Origin: Candidatus Bruticola papionis
GTDB lineage: Bacteria; Vulcanimicrobiota; Xenobia; Xenobiales; Xenobiaceae
Assembly (NCBI GenBank): GCA_002407045.1
Contig: DHKB01000019.1
Location: 2,944-66,943 of the forward strand
Length of the DNA stretch: 64,000 nt
Direction of reading: 5' to 3'
Of the stretch, positions 16,918 through 26,104 are shown piece by piece; position 1 is the stretch's first letter; the number at the start of each line of letters is the position of its first letter. The notes under the pieces were generated by a model, which was given only the letters and a program-made list of their open reading frames with translations, did not search any database and was not told the origin of the DNA. Position numbers and translations under genes: made by a program.

Positions 16918-18669
16918 ATGCCAACTTTAGAGTGGATAGGCAAAGAAAAAGTTATCAATCATCATCAGGATGTGCCTTTTAGAGTATTGGAAAGGCAATA
17001 TAGCTTTGATACATTAGGCCAACACCAAGAAGATAATGGCAGCCAAAATATGATTATCCACGGCGATAATTTGGAAGCTTTGAAAGCTCTTTTGCCAGAA
17101 TATGAAGGGCGCGTCAAGTGCATTTATATCGATCCGCCTTACAATACTGGCAACGAAGGTTGGATATACAACGACAATGTAAACGATCCCAAAATCAAAA
17201 AATGGCTCGGTGAAGTAGTAGGCAAGGAAGGCGAAGATTTAAGCCGCCACGACAAGTGGCTTTGTATGATGTATCCGCGCTTAAAGCTTTTGCATAAACT
17301 TTTAGCTGAAGATGGCGCTATTTTTATTAGTATTGACGACAACGAACAAGCCAATTTGAAGCTCATTTGTGACGAAATTTTTGGCGCTAATTGTTTTATT
17401 AGCAATATATCCTGGCAACGCACTTATTCCACTCGCAACGATTCTAAAGGCATACCTTACGAAGTAGAATATATTTTAGCCTACAGCAAAAAATCAGGTT
17501 GGAATCCCAATAAATTGCCGCGCACTGCGGAAATGGACAAAAAATACAAAAATCCTGATAATGATTTCGCTCCTTGGACAAGTGACAACCCTTTTGCGCC
17601 TAGTGCTGCCACTCATCAAGGCATGGTTTATGCCATTCAGCATCCCTTTACCGGCGAATTGATTTATCCTAGTGATCGCGCTTGTTGGCGTTATAGCCAA
17701 GATATAATGCTAGAAATTATAAATGGTTGGGCAAAATACGAGCTAAAGGATTTACATGATGAAGAAGCTAGAGCTCGCGTATGTGGCCTTGCTGCCAATC
17801 AAGTTCGTGTTGGCGTGCAAGGCATAGTTTTATCTGAACCTTTAAATATTGCTAGGCAGCAAGCTGAAATTGTACTTAAACGCGGCCAATGGCCTAAATT
17901 TTACTTTACCAAAAACGGTTTAGGCGGTATCCGTCGCAAAACTTACCTAGAAAATGTAGGTGGCAGGTTGCCTACTAATTTTTGGCAACATTTGGAAGTA
18001 GGCCACACTGATGAAGCAGCCAAAATTTTGAAAGCTATTTTTGCAGGACGCTCTCCTTTTGATACGCCTAAGCCGCCGCGTTTAATGGAGCGCATTTTAC
18101 AAATTGTTGGCGATCAGGATACTTTAGTGCTCGATTCCTTTGCCGGCTCAGGGACTACTGCTCATGCAGTGTTAAATATGAATAAAGCCGACGGGGGGCA
18201 GCGTCGTTTTATTTTAATTGAAATGATGGATTATGCCGACAGCATCACCGCCGAGCGTGTAAAGCGCGTTATTCAAGGCTATGGTGAAGGCAATAAAGCT
18301 ACGCCCGGTACTGGCGGTAGTTTTAGCTATTACGAACTTGGTCAGCCGCTTTTTACTGAGCAAGGCCTAAATGAAGCAATTGAGCCAGAAAAGATTCGTC
18401 GTTATGTTTGGTTTAGTGAAACTAACCAGCCTTATCAAAAGCCAGATAATCCCAATCAATATTATTTAGGCAGTCACAACGATACCGACTATTACTTCTA
18501 TTACGAGCCAGGAGAGACTACTGCGCTAGATTATGACTTTTTAGCTACTATTAAAAAGCGTGCCGATTGTTACGTAATTTATGCCGATTGCTGCTCTTTA
18601 AGTGAAGAAAAGCTGGCCCAATTTAATATTACTTTCAAGAAAATTCCCCGCGATATTGCTAAATTTTAG
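16918..18669 (+). CDS. mod: Type III restriction-modification DNA methyltransferase (Mod, N6-adenine)
   Basis: Motif IV DPPY (CIYIDPPYNTGNEG) and motif I LDSFAGSGTT are present. The target-recognition region lies between them. The res gene follows 16 nt downstream. Confidence 0.9.
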   Translation: MPTLEWIGKEKVINHHQDVPFRVLERQYSFDTLGQHQEDNGSQNMIIHGDNLEALKALLPEYEGRVKCIYIDPPYNTGNEGWIYNDNVNDPKIKKWLGEVVGKEGEDLSRHDKWLCMMYPRLKLLHKLLAEDGAIFISIDDNEQANLKLICDEIFGANCFISNISWQRTYSTRNDSKGIPYEVEYILAYSKKSGWNPNKLPRTAEMDKKYKNPDNDFAPWTSDNPFAPSAATHQGMVYAIQHPFTGELIYPSDRACWRYSQDIMLEIINGWAKYELKDLHDEEARARVCGLAANQVRVGVQGIVLSEPLNIARQQAEIVLKRGQWPKFYFTKNGLGGIRRKTYLENVGGRLPTNFWQHLEVGHTDEAAKILKAIFAGRSPFDTPKPPRLMERILQIVGDQDTLVLDSFAGSGTTAHAVLNMNKADGGQRRFILIEMMDYADSITAERVKRVIQGYGEGNKATPGTGGSFSYYELGQPLFTEQGLNEAIEPEKIRRYVWFSETNQPYQKPDNPNQYYLGSHNDTDYYFYYEPGETTALDYDFLATIKKRADCYVIYADCCSLSEEKLAQFNITFKKIPRDIAKF

Positions 18670-18684
18670 GGAGCTGCTGCCACT

Positions 18685-21384
18685 ATGGAATTGAAAGCTT
18701 ATCAAAAAGATATTATTGCCGACTTAAAGCGTTATTTGGAAATAATGCAAGAACAAAAAAATTATATAAAGGCTTTTGCTAGTTTCTGGGAAGAAAAGAG
18801 CGCTCCCAATTTAGGCCAATATCAAGATCTTTTGCCAGGCGTACCTAATCTTTGCTTTAAAGTTCCTACTGGCGGTGGCAAAACTATTTTAGCTTGTGCC
18901 TCTTTGCAACCTATTTTTGCTGCTCTACCTTTGCAAAAAATAAAGGCTGTCGTTTGGTTAGTTCCTTCTGAAGCTATTCTCACTCAAACTCTCAAAGCTC
19001 TTAAAGATCCGCGCCATCCTTATCGCCAAAAAATAGACGCCGATTTTTTTAGCCGAGTTTCTGCCTATAGCAAACAAGAATTGCTTAATGGCCAAAATTT
19101 TAATCCTACTATTGTCAATGAGCAGCTTTCCATAATGGTGCTCTCTTACGATTCTTTCCGCAGCAGCAATAGGGAAGGCTTGAAAGCTTATAAAGAAAAC
19201 TCCAATTTGGCTATCTTTACCAAAGTATTGGGCACTCCGGAAAATCCTATCGCTAAAGCTGATGAAACAGCCCTTTTCCAAATTATCAACCAATTAAATC
19301 CGGTTATTATTGTCGATGAAAGTCACCACGCCCGCACTAAATTAAGTTGGGAAATGTTGCAAAACTTTAATCCCGCTTTTGTGCTCGATTTGACAGCTAC
19401 GCCTAAAAAAGAAAGCAATATTATTTCTTATACTGACGCTATCCAGCTTAAAAAAGAACATATGGTAAAGTTGCCAGTTATTGTTTATAACCGCAATAGG
19501 CAAGAAGATGTGTTGGTCGATGCTATCGATTTGCGCCGCAATTTAGAAGAAATTGCTCAAAAGCAACAAGAAGCTACTGGCCGCTACATTAGGCCTATCG
19601 TGCTTTTCCAAGCTCAACCCAAAGGCAAAGAAGAGGCGGCTACTTTTGAAAAATTGCGTCAAAAATTAGTTGAAGTAGGTATTCCCGCTGAAGAAATTGC
19701 TATTCGCACTTCCGAAGTTAATGAGCTGAAAAATGTCGATTTGCTTTCTCCCAAGTGCAAAATTCGCTTTATAATTACAGTCAACGCTTTAAAAGAAGGC
19801 TGGGACTGTCCCTTTGCCTATATTTTGGCTTCTTTAGCTAACCGCACTAGTCAAATAGATGTAGAACAAATTTTGGGTCGCATTTTGCGTTTGCCTTATA
19901 CTGCTGCCAATATCGAAAAGCCCTTAAATATGTCTTACGTTTTGACGTCTTCGGAAAATTTTCAAGAAACGATAAAACGCATTGTCAAAGGCTTAAATGA
20001 CGCCGGCTTTAGTGATGAAGATTATCGCTTATCTAATCAAGCTTCTTTATCAGCTGCTCAAGTTACTGGCCAAATGACTATGAGCTTGACTATTCCTGAA
20101 CTTCCCCAAGCAGAAACTGTAACTGATAGTCAAACTGGCATGCTGGCAGCAGAAGAAAATGACGAGGAATTTTTTGAAGGCTTTGGCAACTTTGATAGTG
20201 CCAGCGTTAGTGAAGCTTTAGAGCGTCGCCAAGCGGAAAAAGTTGCGGCTATTTCTGGTGAAGAGCAAACCACAAGCCAAGCCTTGCTTATGCTTGAAGA
20301 AGCAAATCAAGCTGTACTTTCTTACGATAAAGCTTTGGAAGCTGCCGCTAAAAATAGTTTTTCTTTAGGCAAAGTTCCGGCTCGTGAAGTTCGCGCTCAA
20401 GTTAAAGCCTATCCGGTTAAGGCTAAATTCCGCGAAGATATTGAAAATTTGCGTCTGCCTCAGTTTTTCTTAAAAATTCCTGAAGGCTCCCTTTTTGAAC
20501 AAGATGGAGAAGCTTTTTTAGAGCGAGAATCTTTAGTTAAGGGTATTTCTTTTAAACAAGAAAATATTTGCATCGATTTTGAGGAAGACAGAGACGAAAT
20601 AATGCAAATAGACGTCATTGAAGGTGAAGGTGGTTTGCCTAAAGCTCTGATGATGAAAAGCAATGATGTAGCTATATTTAAAGAATATTTCGATTCTCTC
20701 CCTCCCGAGCGCAGGATCGCCTATTGTAAAGCTATCATTTTAGAGAAAATTAACCGTCTGAATATGGTAAGCTCAAAACACTTAGAAGAGTATATTGGGC
20801 GCATTGTAGCTAGTATGACTCGCGATCAGCTCTCAAGTTTAGAAAAAAATCCTTTGCGTTATGCCGATAAAATAAAGCAAACTATCCAAGATATTTTAGC
20901 TAAACGCTATAAAAAGGCTTTCAATACTCAGCTAGCAGCAGGTAAAATTGTTTGCCATCCTGCCTATCAATTGCCTATAGCTATTGCTCCAACTAGAGTT
21001 ACTTCGGCTTATGCTCATTCACTTTATAAAGCCGAAGAAGAAATGAACTCTTTAGAAACTGAATTGGTACTTCGACTCACTAATTTAAATAATATCCGCT
21101 GGTGGCATCGCAATTTAGCTAATACTGGTTTTTTCATAAACGGATTCACTAAACATTATCCAGATTTTATTATCAAAACGGAAAGCGGAAATATTGTTTT
21201 AGCTGAAACTAAAGGGGAGCATTTAGCTAACGAAGATAGCAAACTAAAGATCAATTTAGGCCGATCCTGGAGTGCAGCTGCTGGCGATAAGTTTAAATAT
21301 TTTATGGTCTTTGCCGAGGCCGAAAAAGCCCTAGACGGCGCCTTTGGTATGAACGACTTTATCGATATATTGAAAGAATTGTGA
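18685..21384 (+). CDS. res: Type III restriction endonuclease Res subunit (SF2 helicase plus endonuclease)
   Basis: It has Walker A FKVPTGGGKT and the DEAH-like motif IIVDESHHA. Its 899 aa size and position after mod fit Res. Confidence 0.9.
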   Translation: MELKAYQKDIIADLKRYLEIMQEQKNYIKAFASFWEEKSAPNLGQYQDLLPGVPNLCFKVPTGGGKTILACASLQPIFAALPLQKIKAVVWLVPSEAILTQTLKALKDPRHPYRQKIDADFFSRVSAYSKQELLNGQNFNPTIVNEQLSIMVLSYDSFRSSNREGLKAYKENSNLAIFTKVLGTPENPIAKADETALFQIINQLNPVIIVDESHHARTKLSWEMLQNFNPAFVLDLTATPKKESNIISYTDAIQLKKEHMVKLPVIVYNRNRQEDVLVDAIDLRRNLEEIAQKQQEATGRYIRPIVLFQAQPKGKEEAATFEKLRQKLVEVGIPAEEIAIRTSEVNELKNVDLLSPKCKIRFIITVNALKEGWDCPFAYILASLANRTSQIDVEQILGRILRLPYTAANIEKPLNMSYVLTSSENFQETIKRIVKGLNDAGFSDEDYRLSNQASLSAAQVTGQMTMSLTIPELPQAETVTDSQTGMLAAEENDEEFFEGFGNFDSASVSEALERRQAEKVAAISGEEQTTSQALLMLEEANQAVLSYDKALEAAAKNSFSLGKVPAREVRAQVKAYPVKAKFREDIENLRLPQFFLKIPEGSLFEQDGEAFLERESLVKGISFKQENICIDFEEDRDEIMQIDVIEGEGGLPKALMMKSNDVAIFKEYFDSLPPERRIAYCKAIILEKINRLNMVSSKHLEEYIGRIVASMTRDQLSSLEKNPLRYADKIKQTIQDILAKRYKKAFNTQLAAGKIVCHPAYQLPIAIAPTRVTSAYAHSLYKAEEEMNSLETELVLRLTNLNNIRWWHRNLANTGFFINGFTKHYPDFIIKTESGNIVLAETKGEHLANEDSKLKINLGRSWSAAAGDKFKYFMVFAEAEKALDGAFGMNDFIDILKEL

Positions 21385-21420
21385 AAATAGCTAAAAAATA
21401 TTACCGCCAACAGAATAAAT

Positions 21421-21473
21421 TAGGCGCAGTTTTACATTTTGGCTGTGTAGCTAATAGTATAAAAACTGCGCCT
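21421..21473. terminator. Stem-loop TAGGCGCAGTTTT...AAAACTGCGCCTA between convergent res and HD-hydrolase genes
   Basis: A 13-bp perfect inverted repeat has a 27-nt loop. It could be a bidirectional terminator. Confidence 0.5.
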
Positions 21474-21480
21474 ACTAAGG

Positions 21481-22065
21481 TTAAATGTTGCCTTTTAAGC
21501 CGATAGCTTCGGCGTTTTCTCTCATGCCGTCGATAGTTTCTTTGATAACTTCGTCTAAGGTTTTGCCTAAGATCTCGCAACCGTGCAAAATTAGAGCGCG
21601 ATCTACGTTGGCCGCAAAGCGCTTATCTTTGAACTTTTTCTTAGCTGATTTAACTTCCAAATCTAAAACGCTTTTGGAAGGATGGACTAAGCAAGCTGCT
21701 CCAATTAAGCCGGTCAATTCGTCGATAGTGTAGAGCGTTTTTTCCATCAAGCTTTGCGGCTCCACATCTACACAAATTCCGTAGCCGTGACTTTGTACAG
21801 CGTGAATGTAAAACTCGTCGACGCCGTGTTGACGCATAATTTCGGCCACTTTTTTGCAATGCTCATCTGGATATTGCTCGTAGTCCAAGTCGTGCAATAA
21901 ACCTACTACGCCCCAAAGATCTTCGTCTTCACCATTTAAACGAGCGAAATGGCGCATTACCGCTTCAACTGCTAAAGCGTGCTTGAGCAATTCTGGCTTT
22001 TGATTATATTCTGTCAATAAATTCCAGGCTTCATCTCTAGTTAATTTTTTCACCATAAACCTCAC
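21481..22065 (-). CDS. HD-domain phosphohydrolase (COG2316-like)
   Basis: An H...HD motif is present (AVMRHF...GLLHDLDYEQ). Length is about 190 aa. Confidence 0.7.
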   Translation of the reverse strand: MRFMVKKLTRDEAWNLLTEYNQKPELLKHALAVEAVMRHFARLNGEDEDLWGVVGLLHDLDYEQYPDEHCKKVAEIMRQHGVDEFYIHAVQSHGYGICVDVEPQSLMEKTLYTIDELTGLIGAACLVHPSKSVLDLEVKSAKKKFKDKRFAANVDRALILHGCEILGKTLDEVIKETIDGMRENAEAIGLKGNI

Positions 22066-22151
22066 AAATATATAAACAAAAATCGCGGTTCCTTTTTGCG
22101 GTTTTTGGCATATACCTTTTTAGCAAGTTCAAGTTTTGCCAAAAATCAACC

Positions 22152-22967
22152 TCAATTAGAATTGGAAGTTTCTTCGTTTATTGGGGCTGGCATCTGCAAT
22201 TGCTGAGCTGGAAAAAGCTTGCTCAACAATTGAAAGAAAAAAGTATTAGAGCTTTGCTCTTTTAAGCGCTCGCGTATGTAGTGGCGAATCGTTCCCAATT
22301 GCCTTTTGGTTGTCACCATAAAAAAGACAATGGTCAAAGCAGCTGGAGCTAAGAAAAAGACCGCTTCTCCATATCTTTTCAAAAGAATAGTGGCTCCGAT
22401 AGCTCCAGTAATAAAGCATCCGATAACAGCATAATAATGTAATACTTTGTTGAGCTCTTTTTTATCATGGTGCACTATATACTTAAACAAAGCTTCAGCG
22501 CTGCTGCGTAAATTGCCAGTACACATAGTTGAAGCAAAAGGCAATCCGTGCACACGACGGAAAGTTTCTACTTGCATAGCGCAAACAAAGGCAATAAGGG
22601 CATTGACAAGATAATCTAAATGGCCTTTGGGAATAAATATAATTGAAGATAAACAACAAATTTCCAAAAAAAGCACACTTTGATGCCAGCCTATTTTATG
22701 AACTGCAGAAATTTTATGGTGCAAAAATTCGGCCACTAACACTCCGCAAGCATAAGCAAAGATAGCAACCATATATTTTATGCAAATGTGCCACTCACCG
22801 TTAGCAGCATGTAAACCGCAAAATACTATATTACCAGTTACAGCATTAGCAAATACTTCGCCGCGAAATAAATAGCTATAAATATCTAAAAAACCGCCCG
22901 CCAAACTTAAAATACAAGCTGCAGCAATGTGCTCATTATTATTATTTATAACTGCCGGAGTGCTCAT
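22152..22967 (-). CDS. DUF1275/YoaK-family membrane protein
   Basis: AGGFLDIYSYLFRGEVFANAVTGNIVF is the DUF1275 signature. Multiple TM helices are present. Confidence 0.7.
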   Translation of the reverse strand: MSTPAVINNNNEHIAAACILSLAGGFLDIYSYLFRGEVFANAVTGNIVFCGLHAANGEWHICIKYMVAIFAYACGVLVAEFLHHKISAVHKIGWHQSVLFLEICCLSSIIFIPKGHLDYLVNALIAFVCAMQVETFRRVHGLPFASTMCTGNLRSSAEALFKYIVHHDKKELNKVLHYYAVIGCFITGAIGATILLKRYGEAVFFLAPAALTIVFFMVTTKRQLGTIRHYIRERLKEQSSNTFFFQLLSKLFPAQQLQMPAPINEETSNSN

Positions 22968-23232
22968 AAGAAAAATACCTCAAATTGTCGCCTAAAATTA
23001 GCACAATGCTATAGACAATACAAGCAAAAATAAACTACTTTTGTATACAAAGACTGTGAACTTAGCCAAGTGCAAGTAGGGGAGCTTTCTATTTGTATAT
23101 ACATATAGCAAATAAATAAAAATATCAACAAATTATGTCTTGTTTTTAATACACAAAGAGGAGCTTGTGTGGTGGGCAAAGTCAACTTTAGCCCCAATAT
23201 ATGCATGATGTATAGCCAACTAATCGGATATA

Positions 23233-23261
23233 TTGACAAATTTATAAAGTTCGTTAAAGTA
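23233..23261 (+). promoter_or_regulatory. Candidate sigma70-like promoter (TTGACA-16/17-TAAAGT) in AT-rich divergent region
   Basis: TTGACA at 23233-23238 and TAAAGT about 17 bp downstream sit 40 bp upstream of the ATG at 23305. Confidence 0.3.
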
Positions 23262-23304
23262 AAAAGCAGGAAATATCCTTTTGAGAGTGAAGGATTAGTT
23301 GCGT

Positions 23305-24006
23305 ATGAAAAAAAGTGTGGTGGATGACGCTTTTAGCTCTTATTTAATAGAAAAGGCATTCTTTGAGGGTAAAATTGAAATGCCTTGTATAGCTAAGCCC
23401 GAAAGTATCATAATTCCCGAGGCTTTAATTCCTTTTTCTCAGAGACGATCCACCACCACTTATAGCGAATTTGTCCATTTTTATGAGTACGATGAAAAAT
23501 TCGCTAGTGTCATGAGTTCAACCAACAAATTTTTGGACGAATTGCGCCGTTTCAAAGGGGTCATTTCTCCTGATTGCTCTCTTTATACCGACATGCCTTT
23601 GGTTGTGCAAATGGCCAACACTTACTTGAATAGGGCAGTAGGGGCTTTCTTTCAATCTCAGGGTCTTTACGTTATTCCCAATATTCGCTGGGGCGACGAG
23701 CGCAGCTATTCACCCCAATGCGAAAAATTTGCTTTTTTAGGTGTTGAAAAGAATAGCATAGTGTCTATTGGTACTTACGGTTGCATTAGGGGCAAAGAAA
23801 ATAAGCGTCGCTTTCAAAAAGGTTTAGAAGCTATGCTTATTGAGCTTTCTCCGCGTGTGGTTGTCGTTTATGGCGCTATGCCAAAAGATGTATTTGCCGA
23901 TTACTTAAACTACGCCGATTTCCACCGTTTTAACGATTGGATTAGCGATAAAAAAGGCAACTACGTGCGCCGCATTATCGCCGATCAACAATATTTCGAT
24001 TTTTAG
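23305..24006 (+). CDS. Hypothetical protein, DUF4417-like (function unknown)
   Basis: The ATG at 23305 has an AGGA RBS. Motifs recalled for DUF4417 include HFYEYDEKF, NIRWGDERSY, IGTYG and VVVYG. The family assignment is from memory, not a search. Confidence 0.4.
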   Translation: MKKSVVDDAFSSYLIEKAFFEGKIEMPCIAKPESIIIPEALIPFSQRRSTTTYSEFVHFYEYDEKFASVMSSTNKFLDELRRFKGVISPDCSLYTDMPLVVQMANTYLNRAVGAFFQSQGLYVIPNIRWGDERSYSPQCEKFAFLGVEKNSIVSIGTYGCIRGKENKRRFQKGLEAMLIELSPRVVVVYGAMPKDVFADYLNYADFHRFNDWISDKKGNYVRRIIADQQYFDF

Positions 24007-24015
24007 TCTTTTCTT

Positions 24016-26055
24016 TTAATCATTTTCTTGCAAAGCTTTAATGATCTTGTCAGCCATTTTTTTACCTATGCCAGGCAAGCGTTGTAATTCTTCTGCGTTA
24101 GCTAGCTTTAAAGCGGCTAAATCAGTAAAATGGGTGCGCAGCAATTTTATATATTTGGGGCCCAGTCCGGGAATATCTGCTAGTACAGAATGGAGCATAC
24201 CTTTGCCACGCAAGTTGCGATGGAAAGTAATGGCAAAGCGGTGGGCTTCGTTGCGCAGGTGGGTCACCATATTATAGGCTTTAGAATTAAGCGGCAATAG
24301 AATAGACGTTTGGCGTCCAGGTAGGAAAATCTCTTCTTGGCGTTTGGCTAAGCCAGCTAAAGCAATACTTTTATCTAAGCCAAGTTTTTCCAAAATGGCT
24401 TGAGCTGCACCTAGTTGGCCTAAGCCTCCATCTACAATTATTAAATCTGGAGTTGAATCCAAACTTACATCTTCTTTAGCTAAATTATCGGTATTATTGT
24501 CCTGTAAATTTCGCTTGTTTTGGCAAAGATGGCTCAACCGACGTTCCAAAACTTGGCTCATCATAGCAAAGTCGTTAGGTTCATCCATGCCCTTTATTTT
24601 AAATTTGCGATAGTGAGAGCGATGGGGCAGCCCGTGTTCAAACACTACCATAGAACCGACGGAGAATTTGCCCTGAATATTGGAAATATCATAACATTCC
24701 ATACGCCAAGGTGTGTGGGGTAAGTTTAAAGCGTCTTTTAATTCACTTAATGCTTCTTGGCGCAATTCTCGTTGTGAAGGGGCATGTAATTCGTCGTCTA
24801 GAAAACGCTTGGCATTTTCTTTAGTGCCGAGCAAAATTTGTTTCTTCTCACCTCGCTGAGGTTGCTCAAATTTGACTTTGCGTTTGGCCATCTCGCTAAG
24901 CCAAGTTTGGAGCAATTCTTTATTGCTAGGCTCAGTTTCCACAGCGATAAGAGCTGGTGGACGGCCATTTTCGCTATAATATCGCTGAATAAAGTCAGCT
25001 AAGTCTGCTTCATGTTGATTATCTAAGCGCACTTCCAAAACAAAGTTTTGCTGCCCTTGCAATTTGCCTTCTCGAACTTGACGCACAACTGCTGCACAAA
25101 TGGAACGTCCTTGATCATAGGCTAAACTTATATAATCTTCGTCTAAATCACTTTGCAAAAGAATTTGCTGCTTTTGATCGAGAATTTCCAAACTTTGCAA
25201 AGTATCGCGCAATTTGGCGCACTCTTCATAGTTTAATAAAGCAGCTTGCTCAGCTATCTCTTGGCGCAATTGAGCAGCCAATTTGCTAGTATGGCCACTT
25301 AAAAACTTAGCCGCTTTTTCTACTTGAGAAGTATATTCTTGAGCGCTCACATATCCAGTACAAGGAGCGGTACATAAATTTATATGATAATAAAGGCAAG
25401 GACGCTCACGCTTTTTATCTAGCTTTTCTTGGCAAGGACGCAATTTGAAAAGCTTTTGCACGGTGCTTTTAGTGCGTTTAACCGACATAGCTTCGCCTGC
25501 ATAAGGGCCAAAGCAAGTGCCGCGCAATTTGCCATTACTGCGTACTATGCGCAAACGGGGATACTTTTCAAAAGTGGTTAACTCTAAATAGGGGTAACTT
25601 TTATCATCGCGGAAGAGGATATTAAAGTAAGGACGGTGCTTTTTTATAAGCACATTTTCTAAAATGAGCGCTTCCATCTCCGTATTGACAGTTATGATGT
25701 CAAAATTGCGCACCAAACTCACCATCCAGCGAGTTTTTTCCGTCAAATTTTTAGAATGAAAATAGGAGCGAACTCTATTTTTCAAACAGGCCGATTTACC
25801 AACGTAAATTACGCGATGGCGTTCGTCTCGCATAAGATAGACGCCCGGACAAGAGGGGAGCGTCTCCAACTTTTCCTTTAAAAAAGGATGAATATTTTCT
25901 ACGCTGTCCGGGCGTTCTTCTTCTGTAATTACATTTTGCGGACGCGGCAACTTAGGAAGAGCTTCTTCTTTATTTTCTACCTTCGTTTTTTTTACGGAAG
26001 ATATCGCTAATAAAGCATCTCCAACCGCATCGGCTCGCCTTTTATTCCTTGACAT
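24016..26055 (-). CDS. uvrC: Excinuclease ABC subunit C
   Basis: It has the GIY-YIG domain (GVYLMRDERHRVIYVGKSACLKNRVRSYF), the UvrC RNaseH-like/endonuclease V region and C-terminal HhH (LLRTHFTDLAALKLANAEELQRLPGIG). A roughly 60-aa N-terminal extension lacks internal Met. Confidence 0.9.
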   Translation of the reverse strand: MSRNKRRADAVGDALLAISSVKKTKVENKEEALPKLPRPQNVITEEERPDSVENIHPFLKEKLETLPSCPGVYLMRDERHRVIYVGKSACLKNRVRSYFHSKNLTEKTRWMVSLVRNFDIITVNTEMEALILENVLIKKHRPYFNILFRDDKSYPYLELTTFEKYPRLRIVRSNGKLRGTCFGPYAGEAMSVKRTKSTVQKLFKLRPCQEKLDKKRERPCLYYHINLCTAPCTGYVSAQEYTSQVEKAAKFLSGHTSKLAAQLRQEIAEQAALLNYEECAKLRDTLQSLEILDQKQQILLQSDLDEDYISLAYDQGRSICAAVVRQVREGKLQGQQNFVLEVRLDNQHEADLADFIQRYYSENGRPPALIAVETEPSNKELLQTWLSEMAKRKVKFEQPQRGEKKQILLGTKENAKRFLDDELHAPSQRELRQEALSELKDALNLPHTPWRMECYDISNIQGKFSVGSMVVFEHGLPHRSHYRKFKIKGMDEPNDFAMMSQVLERRLSHLCQNKRNLQDNNTDNLAKEDVSLDSTPDLIIVDGGLGQLGAAQAILEKLGLDKSIALAGLAKRQEEIFLPGRQTSILLPLNSKAYNMVTHLRNEAHRFAITFHRNLRGKGMLHSVLADIPGLGPKYIKLLRTHFTDLAALKLANAEELQRLPGIGKKMADKIIKALQEND

Positions 26056-26104
26056 AAGCTATCTTAAGAGGACTTGCTTTTGACGAACTAGGTTAAATAT
26101 TAGC

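Noticed and set aside
23009-23239. 76-aa ORF in the AT-rich region between the DUF1275 and DUF4417-like genes.
   Set aside because: It is AT-rich, with hydrophobic low-complexity translation on the opposite strand of a probable promoter region. No coding signal.
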